Assembly: GCA_963674695.2 (NCBI GenBank)
Contig: CAXXGI010000002.1
Location: forward strand, 832,001-896,000
Direction: 5' to 3'
Length of the DNA: 64,000 nt
DNA from: a bacterium
Lineage (GTDB): Bacteria; UBA10199; 2-02-FULL-44-16; JAAZCA01
Shown: piece by piece, positions 1-8,881 of the stretch
How positions within the stretch are numbered: the first letter of the stretch is position 1
Layout: each line of letters begins with the position of its first letter
Notes under the pieces: generated by a model
Told to the model about the DNA's origin: nothing
Databases searched by the model: none
Seen by the model: only the letters and a program-made list of their open reading frames with translations
Position numbers and translations under genes: made by a program

Positions 1-257
1 AGCTCGCACAGGGTGCTGGCCATGGCGGCCACAACGGTGTGCGTTCCATCGTCGATCTGTTGGGAACGCAGTCGTTCTTTCGCGTGCGGGTGGGCGTGGG
101 TCGTCCTCCCGAGCAGTGGGATCCGGCCGATTTTGTGCTCTCGCCCTTTTCATCGGAAGAGCGTGAGACGGCGGCCGAGACGGTCGCCAGAGCGGCTGAT
201 GCGGTCGAACTTCTGATCGTCGAGGGGCTCCTGGCCGCCCAGCAACGCTTTCACTGA
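1..257 (+). CDS. pth: Peptidyl-tRNA hydrolase, 3' part (truncated by window edge)
   Basis: Frame 3 reads GAGHGGHNGVRSIVDLLG..FFRVRVGVGRP..ADFVLSPF (Pth GGHNG and RxRxGxGRP motifs); lies upstream of rpsF. Confidence 0.93.
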   Translation, partial: LAQGAGHGGHNGVRSIVDLLGTQSFFRVRVGVGRPPEQWDPADFVLSPFSSEERETAAETVARAADAVELLIVEGLLAAQQRFH

Positions 258-282
258 CGATGGTGTTCTTTGAGTTTTTTGT

Positions 283-324
283 TTTGAACTGTGAACATTG
301 AACGTTCAACTTTGAACGTTCAAC
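283..324. repeat. Six-unit heptamer tandem repeat containing two TTGAACGTTCAA palindromes
   Basis: tttgaac/tgtgaac/attgaac/gttcaac/tttgaac/gttcaac. Confidence 0.8.
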
Positions 325-330
325 TGTTTT

Positions 331-382
331 CACTCCTTAGTCCCGGGATTGGCCCGGGGCTTGCCCCAAAACCGAAAGGAGA
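331..382 (+). promoter_or_regulatory. S6:S18 ribosomal protein autoregulatory leader RNA
   Basis: CTCCTT (333-338) can pair with SD AAGGAG (376-381); inner stem CCCGGG/CCCGGG; unpaired CCG (372-374) just before the SD; directly 5' of rpsF. Confidence 0.75.
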
Positions 383-386
383 CTGT

Positions 387-848
387 ATGCACGAGTATGA
401 GATTGTCTTTATCACCCAACCCGAACTGTCCGATTCTCAGCTGACGGAGATCACCAAGCGTGTCGATGGAATGATCGATCAGCACGAGGGCAGGACCTTC
501 TTCACCCGCAGCATGGGAAAGAAGCAGCTGGCCTACCCGATCCAGAAGCAGACCAAGGGCGTCTATACGCTGGTCGACTTCGCGGCGCAGGGCGGTTGCA
601 TCGCGAAGATCGAGCGCAGTCTGCGGCTGGATGAAAACGTTCTGCGCTTTCTCACCGTGGTTCGGAACAAGGACATCGATGTCGAAGCGCGTGCCACGGA
701 GGTGATCGCACGCGGTGAAGATCGTCCGCCGGAGTCCGCGGTGGAAGTAGCTCCGCCCGCAGTGGAAGCGGAAACGAAAACGACGGTAACGAGTCCTCCG
801 GCCGAAGCGACTGCCGGTGATACAGAAACAGAGGAGGTGAAAAAATGA
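387..848 (+). CDS. rpsF: 30S ribosomal protein S6 with acidic C-terminal tail
   Basis: [33 protein letters not shown]; SD AAGGAG before ATG 387. Confidence 0.96.
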   Translation: MHEYEIVFITQPELSDSQLTEITKRVDGMIDQHEGRTFFTRSMGKKQLAYPIQKQTKGVYTLVDFAAQGGCIAKIERSLRLDENVLRFLTVVRNKDIDVEARATEVIARGEDRPPESAVEVAPPAVEAETKTTVTSPPAEATAGDTETEEVKK

Positions 849-1114
849 GACCACGCAATAAAAAGAAGATGAAGCGTAAGAGCCGCGTATCCAATCGTCC
901 GCGCGTTTGCCGGTATTGCGCCGACAAAAAACTCACCATCGATTATAAAGATGTAAAGGCGCTCGGTTTTTTTACGACTGAGCGGGGAAAAATCGTTCCG
1001 CGTCGCATCTCGGGTGCATGTGCGAAGCATCAGCGCGAGATCAAGATCGCCATCAAGCGGGCGCGCATTCTGGCACTCGCCCCGTTTACGTCAGCGCAGG
1101 CGCCGACGGCCTGA
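845..1114 (+). CDS. rpsR: 30S ribosomal protein S18 (Zn-binding C+ type)
   Basis: [39 protein letters not shown]. Confidence 0.97.
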   Translation: MRPRNKKKMKRKSRVSNRPRVCRYCADKKLTIDYKDVKALGFFTTERGKIVPRRISGACAKHQREIKIAIKRARILALAPFTSAQAPTA

Positions 1115-1120
1115 GGAGAT

Positions 1121-2155
1121 ATGCTGGTGGTGAATTTTCGTTCCATCGCGGTTGGCGCTTTTGCCATGATCGCTCTGTTTTCCAGCGGTCTGCTGGTGGT
1201 CTTTACGCCGGTGCCGCTCATCTACGTTTCGGCCTTTCGCGGTCGGCGCGCAGGTGTTCACACCGCTGCTCTGGCGTTTGCCGGCGTCTGTGCACTGCTG
1301 TTCTTTGCGCTGCCGACGTTTGTGCAATCGCTTGAGTCCGGCGGGTTGTTCCTGCCTCTGCCTGCGATCGACCTGGCTGCTTTTCTGCCGATGTCGATGA
1401 CGGCGGTGCTCATCATCAGTAGCTTCTGTTTTTACGCGGCGATTGGGATTGCGCTGGGTGAAGCCGCTCGCCGGCGTTGGGGTCTGCAATATGGTGTGGC
1501 CGTCGTTCTCGGTTCGGGGCTGGCCGTGATGATCCTGGCCGGAGTGGTGCTCTCCGCCATGGGGTTCGAGGCGGGGCTCTCGGGGATGCAGCGCTATTTT
1601 CTCTCCATCGTTGCGGAGCTGGTTCGCCTTCAGCAAGATGGGGGGGCGGCCGGCCTGCCGATTGCTTTGCTTGCCGATCATGGCGACGCGGTTGCTGCAT
1701 TTGTGTTGCGCATCATTCCCGGAATGCTCTTTCTCTATGGGGTGATGGTGGTCATGCTCAACTTTCTGGTGGGGCGTCGGTTGACGCGGAACGTGCATGC
1801 TTTTTCGCACATTCACAATGCGGCGCGTTTCCGCCTGCCGTTCCCGGTGGTCTGGGTTCTGATCGGAGCAGGCATTACGTTTTTTGCCGGGCATTATGTG
1901 CTGCACTCCGTTTCATTTGAGATGCTGGCGATCAACGTGCTCATCGGTGTCAGTGCACTCTACTTTTTGCAGGGGATGTCCGTTGTCGTCTATATGTTGC
2001 AGGGCGTTCGTGCCCCGTTTATGCGAGCGGCTGTCTATATCGCTATCATTATGTTCTTTCAGACCGTGAGCGTAGGGCTCGTGGCCTTGGGGATTGTGGA
2101 TTCATGGGTTGATTTTCGGTTGCGTCGTTGGCGGGCGCGACATCATTCAACATGA
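1121..2155 (+). CDS. DUF2232 (YybS-like) integral membrane protein
   Basis: Multi-TM protein, YFLQG and LGIVDSWVDFR motifs, typical position between rpsR and rplI. Confidence 0.85.
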   Translation: MLVVNFRSIAVGAFAMIALFSSGLLVVFTPVPLIYVSAFRGRRAGVHTAALAFAGVCALLFFALPTFVQSLESGGLFLPLPAIDLAAFLPMSMTAVLIISSFCFYAAIGIALGEAARRRWGLQYGVAVVLGSGLAVMILAGVVLSAMGFEAGLSGMQRYFLSIVAELVRLQQDGGAAGLPIALLADHGDAVAAFVLRIIPGMLFLYGVMVVMLNFLVGRRLTRNVHAFSHIHNAARFRLPFPVVWVLIGAGITFFAGHYVLHSVSFEMLAINVLIGVSALYFLQGMSVVVYMLQGVRAPFMRAAVYIAIIMFFQTVSVGLVALGIVDSWVDFRLRRWRARHHST

Positions 2156-2176
2156 TCGTTATTATCGATGATTTCA

Positions 2177-2208
2177 TCGATCGTTCGATCGCATGATCGT
2201 TCGATCGC
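2177..2208. repeat. Four-unit GATC-containing octamer tandem repeat
   Basis: tcgatcgt/tcgatcgc/atgatcgt/tcgatcgc just before the rplI RBS. Confidence 0.7.
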
Positions 2209-2222
2209 ACGAGGAGGGTCAC

Positions 2223-2666
2223 ATGCAGGTCATCTTACAGGAAAATGTGGTAAAACTGGGTCAGGCGGGCGATGTGGTCAACGTTCGCGAAGGGTACGGG
2301 CGGAACTTTCTCCTGCCACAGGGCAAGGCGGTTGTGGCCGATCCCAAAAACCTCAAACAGCTCGAGCACCAGAAACGCGTCGTGGCGGCCAAACAGCTCA
2401 AGCGCAAGCAGGAGTCAGAGGAGCTGTCGACCAAGCTCTCGAATGTCTCTCTCACCATCAGCCGTGAGGCGGGCGAAGAAGATAAGCTCTTTGGGTCGGT
2501 GACGGCGAAGGATATCATCGATGGTCTTCGCAACGAGGGCTACATCATCGATCGCCACGCGCTCGAGCTGGCCGCGCCGATCAAGGATCTTGGCGTTTTC
2601 GAGGTGCCGGTGAAGCTGCATGCGGAAGTGACGGCGACGGTGAAGGTCTGGGTGGTCAAGAAGTAG
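2223..2666 (+). CDS. rplI: 50S ribosomal protein L9
   Basis: MQVILQENVVKLG..GYGRNFLLP..KLFGSVT; SD GAGGAGG. Confidence 0.97.
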   Translation: MQVILQENVVKLGQAGDVVNVREGYGRNFLLPQGKAVVADPKNLKQLEHQKRVVAAKQLKRKQESEELSTKLSNVSLTISREAGEEDKLFGSVTAKDIIDGLRNEGYIIDRHALELAAPIKDLGVFEVPVKLHAEVTATVKVWVVKK

Positions 2667-2759
2667 CCAGTTCCGAAGGACGATGGACGATCGATCCCTT
2701 CGGGATCTCGGATGATGGACGAAAGAGCGTTGAGCTTTATTGCCTATCGAGGAATTTTT

Positions 2760-4163
2760 ATGGGCCTTCCGGAAGAACAGCGTTTGAAATTGCCACCGCA
2801 GAATCAGGAGGCAGAGCAATCGGTCCTGGGCGGTATGCTGCTCGATAACGAGGCGATCAACCGGGTAATCGAATTGATTCGGCCCGATGATTTTTATCGG
2901 GAGGCCCATCGCCGCATCTATCAGACCGTTCTCACCCTCTATCAGCGCAACGAGCCGGTCGATCTCGTGACACTCACCTCTGCTCTCAAGGAGGACGGGG
3001 CGCTCGATGCCATCGGGGGGGCGGCCTACTTGGCGGCACTCGTCGACCGGGTTCCCAGTGCTGCGCACATCGCTTCCTATGCGAAGATCGTTCGTCAGAA
3101 GTCGGTCCTTCGCTGTCTCATCGAGGGGGCGACCGAAATTGTCGAGCGCGGATATCGGGAAGAGGGCAATGTCGATGAATTCGTCGATGCGGCCGAGGGG
3201 ATCATCCTCGAGGTGGCCCAGCGTCGGGTTCGCCAGGGGTTTTCCGAAGTTCGTGAGATCGTGAAGGACAGTTTCAAGGCGATCGAACAGCTCTATGAGC
3301 GTAAGGAGCTGGTCACCGGGGTGCCCACCGGGTATCGCGAACTCGATAAGATTACCTGTGGGTTTCAACGCTCCGATCTCATCATCATTGCGGGTCGTCC
3401 CAGTATGGGGAAGACGGCTTTCGCGCTCAATATCGCCGAACATGCGGCGGTCGAAGCGGGTGTGACCTGCGCCATCTACTCCCTCGAAATGTCGAAAGAG
3501 CAGCTCGTACAGCGTATGCTCTGTTCGCGCGCCGAGGTCGATGCCTCAAAGCTGCGAGGTGGATTTCTTTCCGAGAGCGATTGGCCAAAATTGACGCGCG
3601 CGGCGGGTCTGCTCTCTGAGGCGCCGATCTTCATCGATGATACGCCGGCCCTCAACGTGCTGGAGGTGCGCGCGAAGGCGCGACGGCTGCAACGCGAACA
3701 TGGTCTGGGGCTCATCGTCGTGGACTATCTCCAACTGATGAGTGGCGTGGGGCGCATCGAGAGTCGCGAGCGTGAGATTTCTGAAATTTCTCGAGCGCTC
3801 AAGGGGCTTGCCAAAGAGCTCAACGTGCCGGTCATAGCACTCTCGCAGCTCAATCGTGGCGTCGAAAGCCGTCAGGACAAGCGCCCACAGCTCTCCGATC
3901 TTCGCGAATCGGGCGCCATCGAGCAGGATGCGGACGTCATCGGATTTATCTATCGCGATGAGATGTATAACCGAGAGAGCCCGGATGCGGGAAAGGCCGA
4001 GGTGATCATCGGTAAACAGCGAAACGGGCCGACGGGACATGTGATGTTGGCCTTCCGGAACAATATCACGCGTTTTGATGACCTCGCCCATGGTATGGAT
4101 GACTATGTCGAGCCGGCGACCGTCGTCGAAGCGCCGCCGCCGGGCGAACCACCTCCGTTCTAA
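2760..4163 (+). CDS. dnaB: Replicative DNA helicase DnaB (no intein)
   Basis: PPQNQEAEQSVLG, GRPSMGKT, VDYLQLM, LSQLNR, DLRESGAIEQDAD, KQRNGPTG. Confidence 0.98.
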   Translation: MGLPEEQRLKLPPQNQEAEQSVLGGMLLDNEAINRVIELIRPDDFYREAHRRIYQTVLTLYQRNEPVDLVTLTSALKEDGALDAIGGAAYLAALVDRVPSAAHIASYAKIVRQKSVLRCLIEGATEIVERGYREEGNVDEFVDAAEGIILEVAQRRVRQGFSEVREIVKDSFKAIEQLYERKELVTGVPTGYRELDKITCGFQRSDLIIIAGRPSMGKTAFALNIAEHAAVEAGVTCAIYSLEMSKEQLVQRMLCSRAEVDASKLRGGFLSESDWPKLTRAAGLLSEAPIFIDDTPALNVLEVRAKARRLQREHGLGLIVVDYLQLMSGVGRIESREREISEISRALKGLAKELNVPVIALSQLNRGVESRQDKRPQLSDLRESGAIEQDADVIGFIYRDEMYNRESPDAGKAEVIIGKQRNGPTGHVMLAFRNNITRFDDLAHGMDDYVEPATVVEAPPPGEPPPF

Positions 4164-4997
4164 ATGAGTATCCCCATCGTCAGCGTTGTCATTCCCACCT
4201 CCAATCGTGCGGCGTTTCTTCGCGAGGCGATTGCATCGGTATTGGTGCAGACCTTTTCTGATTTTGAACTGATCGTCGTCGACGACGGATCGACCGATGA
4301 TACGCCGACCCTGTTCGACACGGTTCATGATGGGCGGGTTCGTTTTCTTCGTCAGGACAATAGCGGTGTGGCCTCCGCACGCAATCGGGGGGCAGCGCTT
4401 GCGCGAGGAACCTATCTCGCGTTTCTGGATTCCGACGATCTCTGGGAGCCGCGCAAGCTCGAGGTGCAGCTGGCCTTTCATCGCGAAATGTCGCGATCGG
4501 TCCTGTCGCAGACGGAGGAGATGTGGGTGCGGCGGGGTCGGCGCGTGAATCCCCGACAGAAACACACGAAACGCTCCGGATGGATCTTCGAGCACTGCCT
4601 GCCGCTCTGTATCGTTTCGCCTTCGGCGGTGATGATGGAGCGGGAAATCTTTGATGAGCTCGGTGGATTCGACGAACGATTTCCCGCCTGTGAGGACTAC
4701 GATCTCTGGCTGCGCGCGGCGCTGCGCTATGAGATCCATACGCTCCCCGAGCCCCTCATCGTCAAGCGCGGTGGGCATGGGGATCAGCTCTCGGCGGCGT
4801 GGGGACTGGACCGCTATCGCATCCAGGCCCTGCAGAAGTGTTTACGCGATCCGCTGCTGACGGATGACCTGCGTCCCCTCGTCGAGGAACAGATCATTCA
4901 TCGCGCTCGCATCGTGGCCGAGGGGGCGCGAAAACGCGGGAACGAGGAATTGTATCGGGAGTATGCTGTTTGTGCAGAAATGGTGAGTCGATCGTAG
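4164..4997 (+). CDS. Glycosyltransferase family 2
   Basis: VSVVIPT..IVVDDGSTD..ARNRG..FLDSDD..EDYDLWLR. Confidence 0.93.
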   Translation: MSIPIVSVVIPTSNRAAFLREAIASVLVQTFSDFELIVVDDGSTDDTPTLFDTVHDGRVRFLRQDNSGVASARNRGAALARGTYLAFLDSDDLWEPRKLEVQLAFHREMSRSVLSQTEEMWVRRGRRVNPRQKHTKRSGWIFEHCLPLCIVSPSAVMMEREIFDELGGFDERFPACEDYDLWLRAALRYEIHTLPEPLIVKRGGHGDQLSAAWGLDRYRIQALQKCLRDPLLTDDLRPLVEEQIIHRARIVAEGARKRGNEELYREYAVCAEMVSRS

Positions 4998-5050
4998 ACC
5001 CGAAGGAACGCCGTTGATTTACTCTTATACCTTTGGTCCATGGTCTATAG

Positions 5051-5701
5051 TCAGTAGTGCACCCCCAGAATGGCGAGTGCGGTGAGCGAGGGGTAGAACC
5101 CTCCCTTGTAGACGAGCGTGTTGGGGATTCCGCTTACCGTCTGGCGTTTATCGTCGAAGAGGAGTAGGTCGCCTTGCACGTCGAAGCCGAAGAAGAAATA
5201 TTTGTGCCAGAGAAAGGCGATGCCGCCGCCGACGGCGGGTCCCCATCCGATGGTGTCGATGACATTGTCGGTGGCACCGATGGCGCTGGGCAGGCCAGCC
5301 ACGCGTACGCTCATTCCCATCTTGGTGAAGGGGAGGATGCGCAGCGTCTTGAAATCGGTCAGGGCATCGAGGATGAAGGTCCACTTGGCCGAGACGTTGG
5401 CGTTCGCGATGTGGGCGCGCTTGCGACCGGATTCCTTGAAGGTCGTATAGAGGCCCTGGAGTTCGGCGGAGAAATTGTCGGTCAGGTTCCAGCCGAAGAG
5501 GAAGCCGAGTGCCGGTTCGAATCGGTCGCCCATGTAGGTTCCCGTGATCTGGTCTCGGTCGTAGTCGTTCTGGATGGCGCCGACCTCCAGGGTGAGATAG
5601 GGACCCTTGAGAAAGCCCTTTCGGGGGCGGGCGTCAACGGAGGCGCAGGTCGCTGTGATGAGGACGATGGTCAGCAACATGGTCATGGCCAGGCAGCGCA
5701 T
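5051..5701 (-). CDS. Outer-membrane beta-barrel protein (paralog of 8045-8881)
   Basis: Signal peptide, alternating amphipathic strands, C-terminal aromatic (LGVHY); shares KGxxKGPYLT, FGW(N/D), IxP(F/Y)xK(M/L)G with 8045-8881. Confidence 0.72.
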   Translation of the reverse strand: MRCLAMTMLLTIVLITATCASVDARPRKGFLKGPYLTLEVGAIQNDYDRDQITGTYMGDRFEPALGFLFGWNLTDNFSAELQGLYTTFKESGRKRAHIANANVSAKWTFILDALTDFKTLRILPFTKMGMSVRVAGLPSAIGATDNVIDTIGWGPAVGGGIAFLWHKYFFFGFDVQGDLLLFDDKRQTVSGIPNTLVYKGGFYPSLTALAILGVHY

Positions 5702-5818
5702 GGTGCTGTATTGCCCGTTCGAGGGAAAAAAGGCAAGTGAACCCTCGCTTGTCAATGAATGCTCCATCTGCTAAGTCGCTTGGGCATCGATATGGTTCGG
5801 AAAAAGGAGTTTCGGCAG

Positions 5819-6448
5819 ATGAAACTGGTCTTGGCGACCCGAAATGAAGGAAAGCTCGTCGAGCTGCGCCACCTCCTGGAGGGGATCGATGTCGAAGTGA
5901 GTTCCCTGGCCGAGTTTCCGGAGATAGGCGAGATCGTCGAAGATGGGCAGAGCTTCCGAGAGAACGCGCTCATCAAGGCGCGGGCCGTGGTCGCCGCGAC
6001 GGGTACATGGACGCTTGCCGATGACTCGGGACTTGTAGTGGATGCGCTGGGAGGACAGCCCGGAATTCATTCGGCACGCTATGCGGGTCGACAGGGCGAC
6101 CATGCTGCAAATAACGAGAAGCTCCTGCAGGAGATGCGCGATGTTCCGGATGAAAGACGCCAGGCGGCGTTTGTCTGCACCATGGCGCTCATCTCGCCGG
6201 AGCATCGGGAATGGGTCGTCGAGGGGCGTTGCGAGGGGATGATTGCTCGCGAGCGATCCGGCACCGAAGGGTTTGGTTTTGATCCGCTCTTCTTCGTCGG
6301 GAGCTGTGGGGCCACGATGGCCGAACTGCCGCTCGCACAAAAGAATGGCATCAGTCATCGCGGTCAGGCCCTTCGGAAGATGAAGGCGATTTTGATTGAA
6401 ATTATGGGGCATGCGAAGGAAAGAGAGAACGGTTCACTCGGGGTGTAG
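5819..6448 (+). CDS. rdgB: Non-canonical purine NTP pyrophosphatase (RdgB/HAM1)
   Basis: LATRNEGK, ENALIKA, ADDSGL, PGIHSARY, GFGFDPLF, KNGISHRGQA. Confidence 0.96.
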   Translation: MKLVLATRNEGKLVELRHLLEGIDVEVSSLAEFPEIGEIVEDGQSFRENALIKARAVVAATGTWTLADDSGLVVDALGGQPGIHSARYAGRQGDHAANNEKLLQEMRDVPDERRQAAFVCTMALISPEHREWVVEGRCEGMIARERSGTEGFGFDPLFFVGSCGATMAELPLAQKNGISHRGQALRKMKAILIEIMGHAKERENGSLGV

Positions 6449-6513
6449 CTCAGTCTGGTTAGAGTGCCTGCTTTGGGAGCAGGATGTCGGAGGTTCGAAT
6501 CCTCTCACCCCGA
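6439..6513 (+). tRNA. tRNA-Pro(TGG), CCA not encoded
   Basis: Acceptor CGGGGTG/CACCCCG, anticodon arm CCTGC-TTTGGGA-GCAGG, T-loop GTTCGAATC. Confidence 0.96.
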
Positions 6514-6540
6514 CACAGGTGTGGACGCGATAGAGTGCAG

Positions 6541-6613
6541 GCGCCCATAGCTCAGTGGATAGAGCATCTGCCTTCTAAGCAGAATGCCCCAGGTTCGAAT
6601 CCTGGTGGGCGCG
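6541..6613 (+). tRNA. tRNA-Arg(TCT), CCA not encoded
   Basis: Acceptor GCGCCCA/TGGGCGC, anticodon arm TCTGC-CTTCTAA-GCAGA, GTTCGAATC. Confidence 0.96.
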
Positions 6614-6614
6614 C

Positions 6615-6653
6615 AAAGACAAGGGGAGGGCTTTTGCCCTCCCCTTGTCTTTT
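6615..6653 (+). terminator. Hairpin/intrinsic terminator after tRNA-Arg
   Basis: AAAGACAAGGGGAGGGC-TTTT-GCCCTCCCCTTGTCTTT perfect inverted repeat. Confidence 0.8.
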
Positions 6654-6662
6654 GGTGTTCGG

Positions 6663-6986
6663 TGGATTCGAACGTCCGCCAAAGGCGGACTTTTCGACGA
6701 CCTTCCGAAGGGCAGCTCGCCGAACAGGCGAGCGAGGTTGCTGACAAACCCGTGTTTTTGTCATCCCCGCGAAAGCGGGGATCTCGATGTACCGTAAAAA
6801 GCGAGATTCCCGCTTTCGCGGGAATGACAAACTTCGGTTTTACGATAATGATAACATGAAATGACTTTGTCAGCAGTCTGAGCTCGCCGAACAGGCGAGC
6901 TTTATAATGCTGAAGTGTCGGCGAGTGGGTAGCGCCCTCCACTCAGGCGTTGGCGGGCAAGCGAGCCGACGCCCTGGTGAGCACCG
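6663..6986 (+). repeat. tRNA-linked repeat, copy 1 (interrupted by MITE)
   Basis: Aligns with 9258-9389: TGGA(T/C)TCGAACGTCCGCCA(A/G)AGGCGGAC..TTCGACGACCTTCCGAAG..GCTCGCCGA..AGGCGAGC.TTATAATG.TGAAGTGTCGGCGAGTG..GCGAGCCGACGCCC followed by a degenerate tRNA-Arg 3' end. Confidence 0.85.
6734..6880. mobile_element. Non-autonomous MITE with IS1182-like ends carrying a REP doublet
   Basis: TIRs GAGGTTGCTGACAAA / TTTGTCAGCAGTCTG; flanked by a perfect 20-bp duplication AGCTCGCCGAACAGGCGAGC (6714-6733, 6881-6900); internal GTCATCCCCGCGAAAGCGGGGATCTC..GAGATTCCCGCTTTCGCGGGAATGAC. Confidence 0.85.
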
Positions 6987-7044
6987 AAAAAAAACGACCC
7001 GCCATGTGGCGGGTCGTTGGAGTCGATAGCATTGCAGGTCTGAA

Positions 7045-7299
7045 TTAGAAGCTCGGGAAGCCAGCCTTGTGTTCAAGCAGCGCCTTCGGTAGACGAAAGT
7101 CGCTCGTCTTTGTCATTTTCTTGAGTTCATCGCTCTTCTGCTTGGCTTCTTCATTCTTGGCGACCTGTTCTTCCTTCGCGGCCTTGGTCGTGTCGGCTTT
7201 CTTGGTCTCAGCCTTCGCTACTTTCGGATAATCCTTGATGACGTGACAGAATTCTTTTCCGGTCAAGTAATCCGTTGTGCACACCATATTGTCTGCCAT
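7045..7299 (-). CDS. Small Lys-rich hypothetical protein (84 aa)
   Basis: SD GGAGG before ATG 7299; hairpin CGACCCGCC/GGCGGGTCG downstream. Confidence 0.65.
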   Translation of the reverse strand: MADNMVCTTDYLTGKEFCHVIKDYPKVAKAETKKADTTKAAKEEQVAKNEEAKQKSDELKKMTKTSDFRLPKALLEHKAGFPSF

Positions 7300-7347
7300 T
7301 TTGAGCCTCCTGTAAAAAAATCTGTGCGTCATCGGTTAACGTGCAAT

Positions 7348-7593
7348 TTATCTTCCGGGAAAACCGGTGCTCGTATACATTGCTTTGTTGTACATGAAAC
7401 GATTGTTGCCTTCGAGATTCCTCAGCTGCGAAGCCTGCTCGCGGGCACTTTCAACTTCATAGTCCACATAGGCCATCACGATCGCTCCGACCCCTTCGCC
7501 GATGTCGCTGGCGATTTCACAGGCGCTGTTCCACAAGGAGCTCAGTGCGGTCATCGTGTACTGGTCGTTGCTGTTCATGATGGGATTTTCCAT
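7348..7593 (-). CDS. Small hypothetical protein (81 aa)
   Basis: SD AAGGAG before ATG 7593; GCAAC-N16-CGATA motif upstream. Confidence 0.65.
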   Translation of the reverse strand: MENPIMNSNDQYTMTALSSLWNSACEIASDIGEGVGAIVMAYVDYEVESAREQASQLRNLEGNNRFMYNKAMYTSTGFPGR

Positions 7594-7654
7594 TGTGTTC
7601 TCCTTTGTGGAACATCTGATTTGTGCCTGTTTTTGTTTCCTCGTGCACCCTCTG

Positions 7655-7680
7655 TATCGCAAGTTTGATCAAAAAGTTGC
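7655..7680 (-). promoter_or_regulatory. GCAAC-N16-CGATA putative alternative-sigma promoter
   Basis: Reverse strand GCAAC TTTTTGATCAAACTTG CGATA; recurs at 9608, 21684, 26604 and 41085. Confidence 0.55.
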
Positions 7681-8044
7681 CTTGTTTATTTAAGAAATAA
7701 GTATTTTTCTGGATGATTCTAAAAACGGCCCTCATTTCAAGTGGTTGCCAGGGCAAGTTCTGTGTGCGTGATTGTCAAAAACCGCTGTAATCCCGTTGCT
7801 TTCCGTCATTCACTTAATCAATTAACCTATTCATATCTTCTGGGGAGAATATGTCAAACAATAATGTCGATTAGCGTAACAATATTAGCTGCATTCGGTG
7901 ATGGTCGTAAATGCATGATATTATACGACCTTTAAAAAATACCGTTTTCGATGGGGTAGTTTGGCGGTCGAAGAAATGAGGACACGCCATAAAAAAACCC
8001 GGCGGGGTGGCCGCCGGGTTTCATCCATCATTATAAACAATCGA

Positions 8045-8881
8045 TCAGAAGTGCCAGCCGAGCATACCCAGGAGCAGGAACTGCATCTTCATGCCGCCAG
8101 CGGTCACTTTCGTGTTGCGGGTCGTTCCGGCGGAGTCCGTCAGGTTGCGATAGAACGACTTCTGAAAGATGAAGTGTTCGGTCAAGTCGAGACCAACATA
8201 GAGTCCCTTCCAGATGAAGAATTCAACGCCGGCACCAACGCCGATGCCGCCGCCAACGGCGCCCACCTTGTTGTTGCCGTTGGGGGCGTTCACGAACAGT
8301 CCGTGGCCCACGCCGCCGAGTTTGGCATACGGGATGATCTTGAGGTTGTTCCACTGCCAGTTTGCACGCGTGAAGTAGGGGAGCGTGGCGCGACAGTAAA
8401 GGCCGAAGTCCAGGACGTGCTGACGCGCGTTTTCGACCGGGAACGTGCCGGCCGGGTAGGTGACGCCGTTATAGGTGGTTGCGGCAGCGGCATTTGCCGG
8501 GTCGCCCACCTGTGAGCTCGCCGTGGCATAGGTGATCTGCAACATCGGTCCGATCCAGTCGGCGATATCCCAACCGAAGGTGATGCCCATGGCCGGGTCG
8601 ATAGGTCCGTCAAACTTACGGCCCGTCACGCTGTGCCGATCGTTGGTGACCTGCATCATGCCGCCCGTGATGGTCAGATAGGGGCCCTTGTGCCAGCCCT
8701 TTTCCGGAAACTTCGGGTGATGCTTTTCGGACTTTTCGATGTCCTTCTGAACCTTCTCGACAGCCTGTTCCGATTTTGGCGTGGTGGACGTGCGGCGATA
8801 CTGCGACGAGATGGCCATCGCATTGCCGACAAAGGCCATCGAGACGACGACGATGACGGCGGTGAGCAGGATCTTTTTCAT
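8045..8881 (-). CDS. Outer-membrane beta-barrel protein (paralog of 5051-5701)
   Basis: Signal peptide MKKILLTAVIVVVSMAFVGNAMA, beta strands, C-terminal LGWHF; SD AGGAG; terminator-like hairpin at ~7990-8022. Confidence 0.75.
   Translation of the reverse strand: MKKILLTAVIVVVSMAFVGNAMAISSQYRRTSTTPKSEQAVEKVQKDIEKSEKHHPKFPEKGWHKGPYLTITGGMMQVTNDRHSVTGRKFDGPIDPAMGITFGWDIADWIGPMLQITYATASSQVGDPANAAAATTYNGVTYPAGTFPVENARQHVLDFGLYCRATLPYFTRANWQWNNLKIIPYAKLGGVGHGLFVNAPNGNNKVGAVGGGIGVGAGVEFFIWKGLYVGLDLTEHFIFQKSFYRNLTDSAGTTRNTKVTAGGMKMQFLLLGMLGWHF

Noticed and set aside
2760-4163. Intein in DnaB
   Set aside because: Length (~467 aa) and contiguous motifs leave no room for an insertion.
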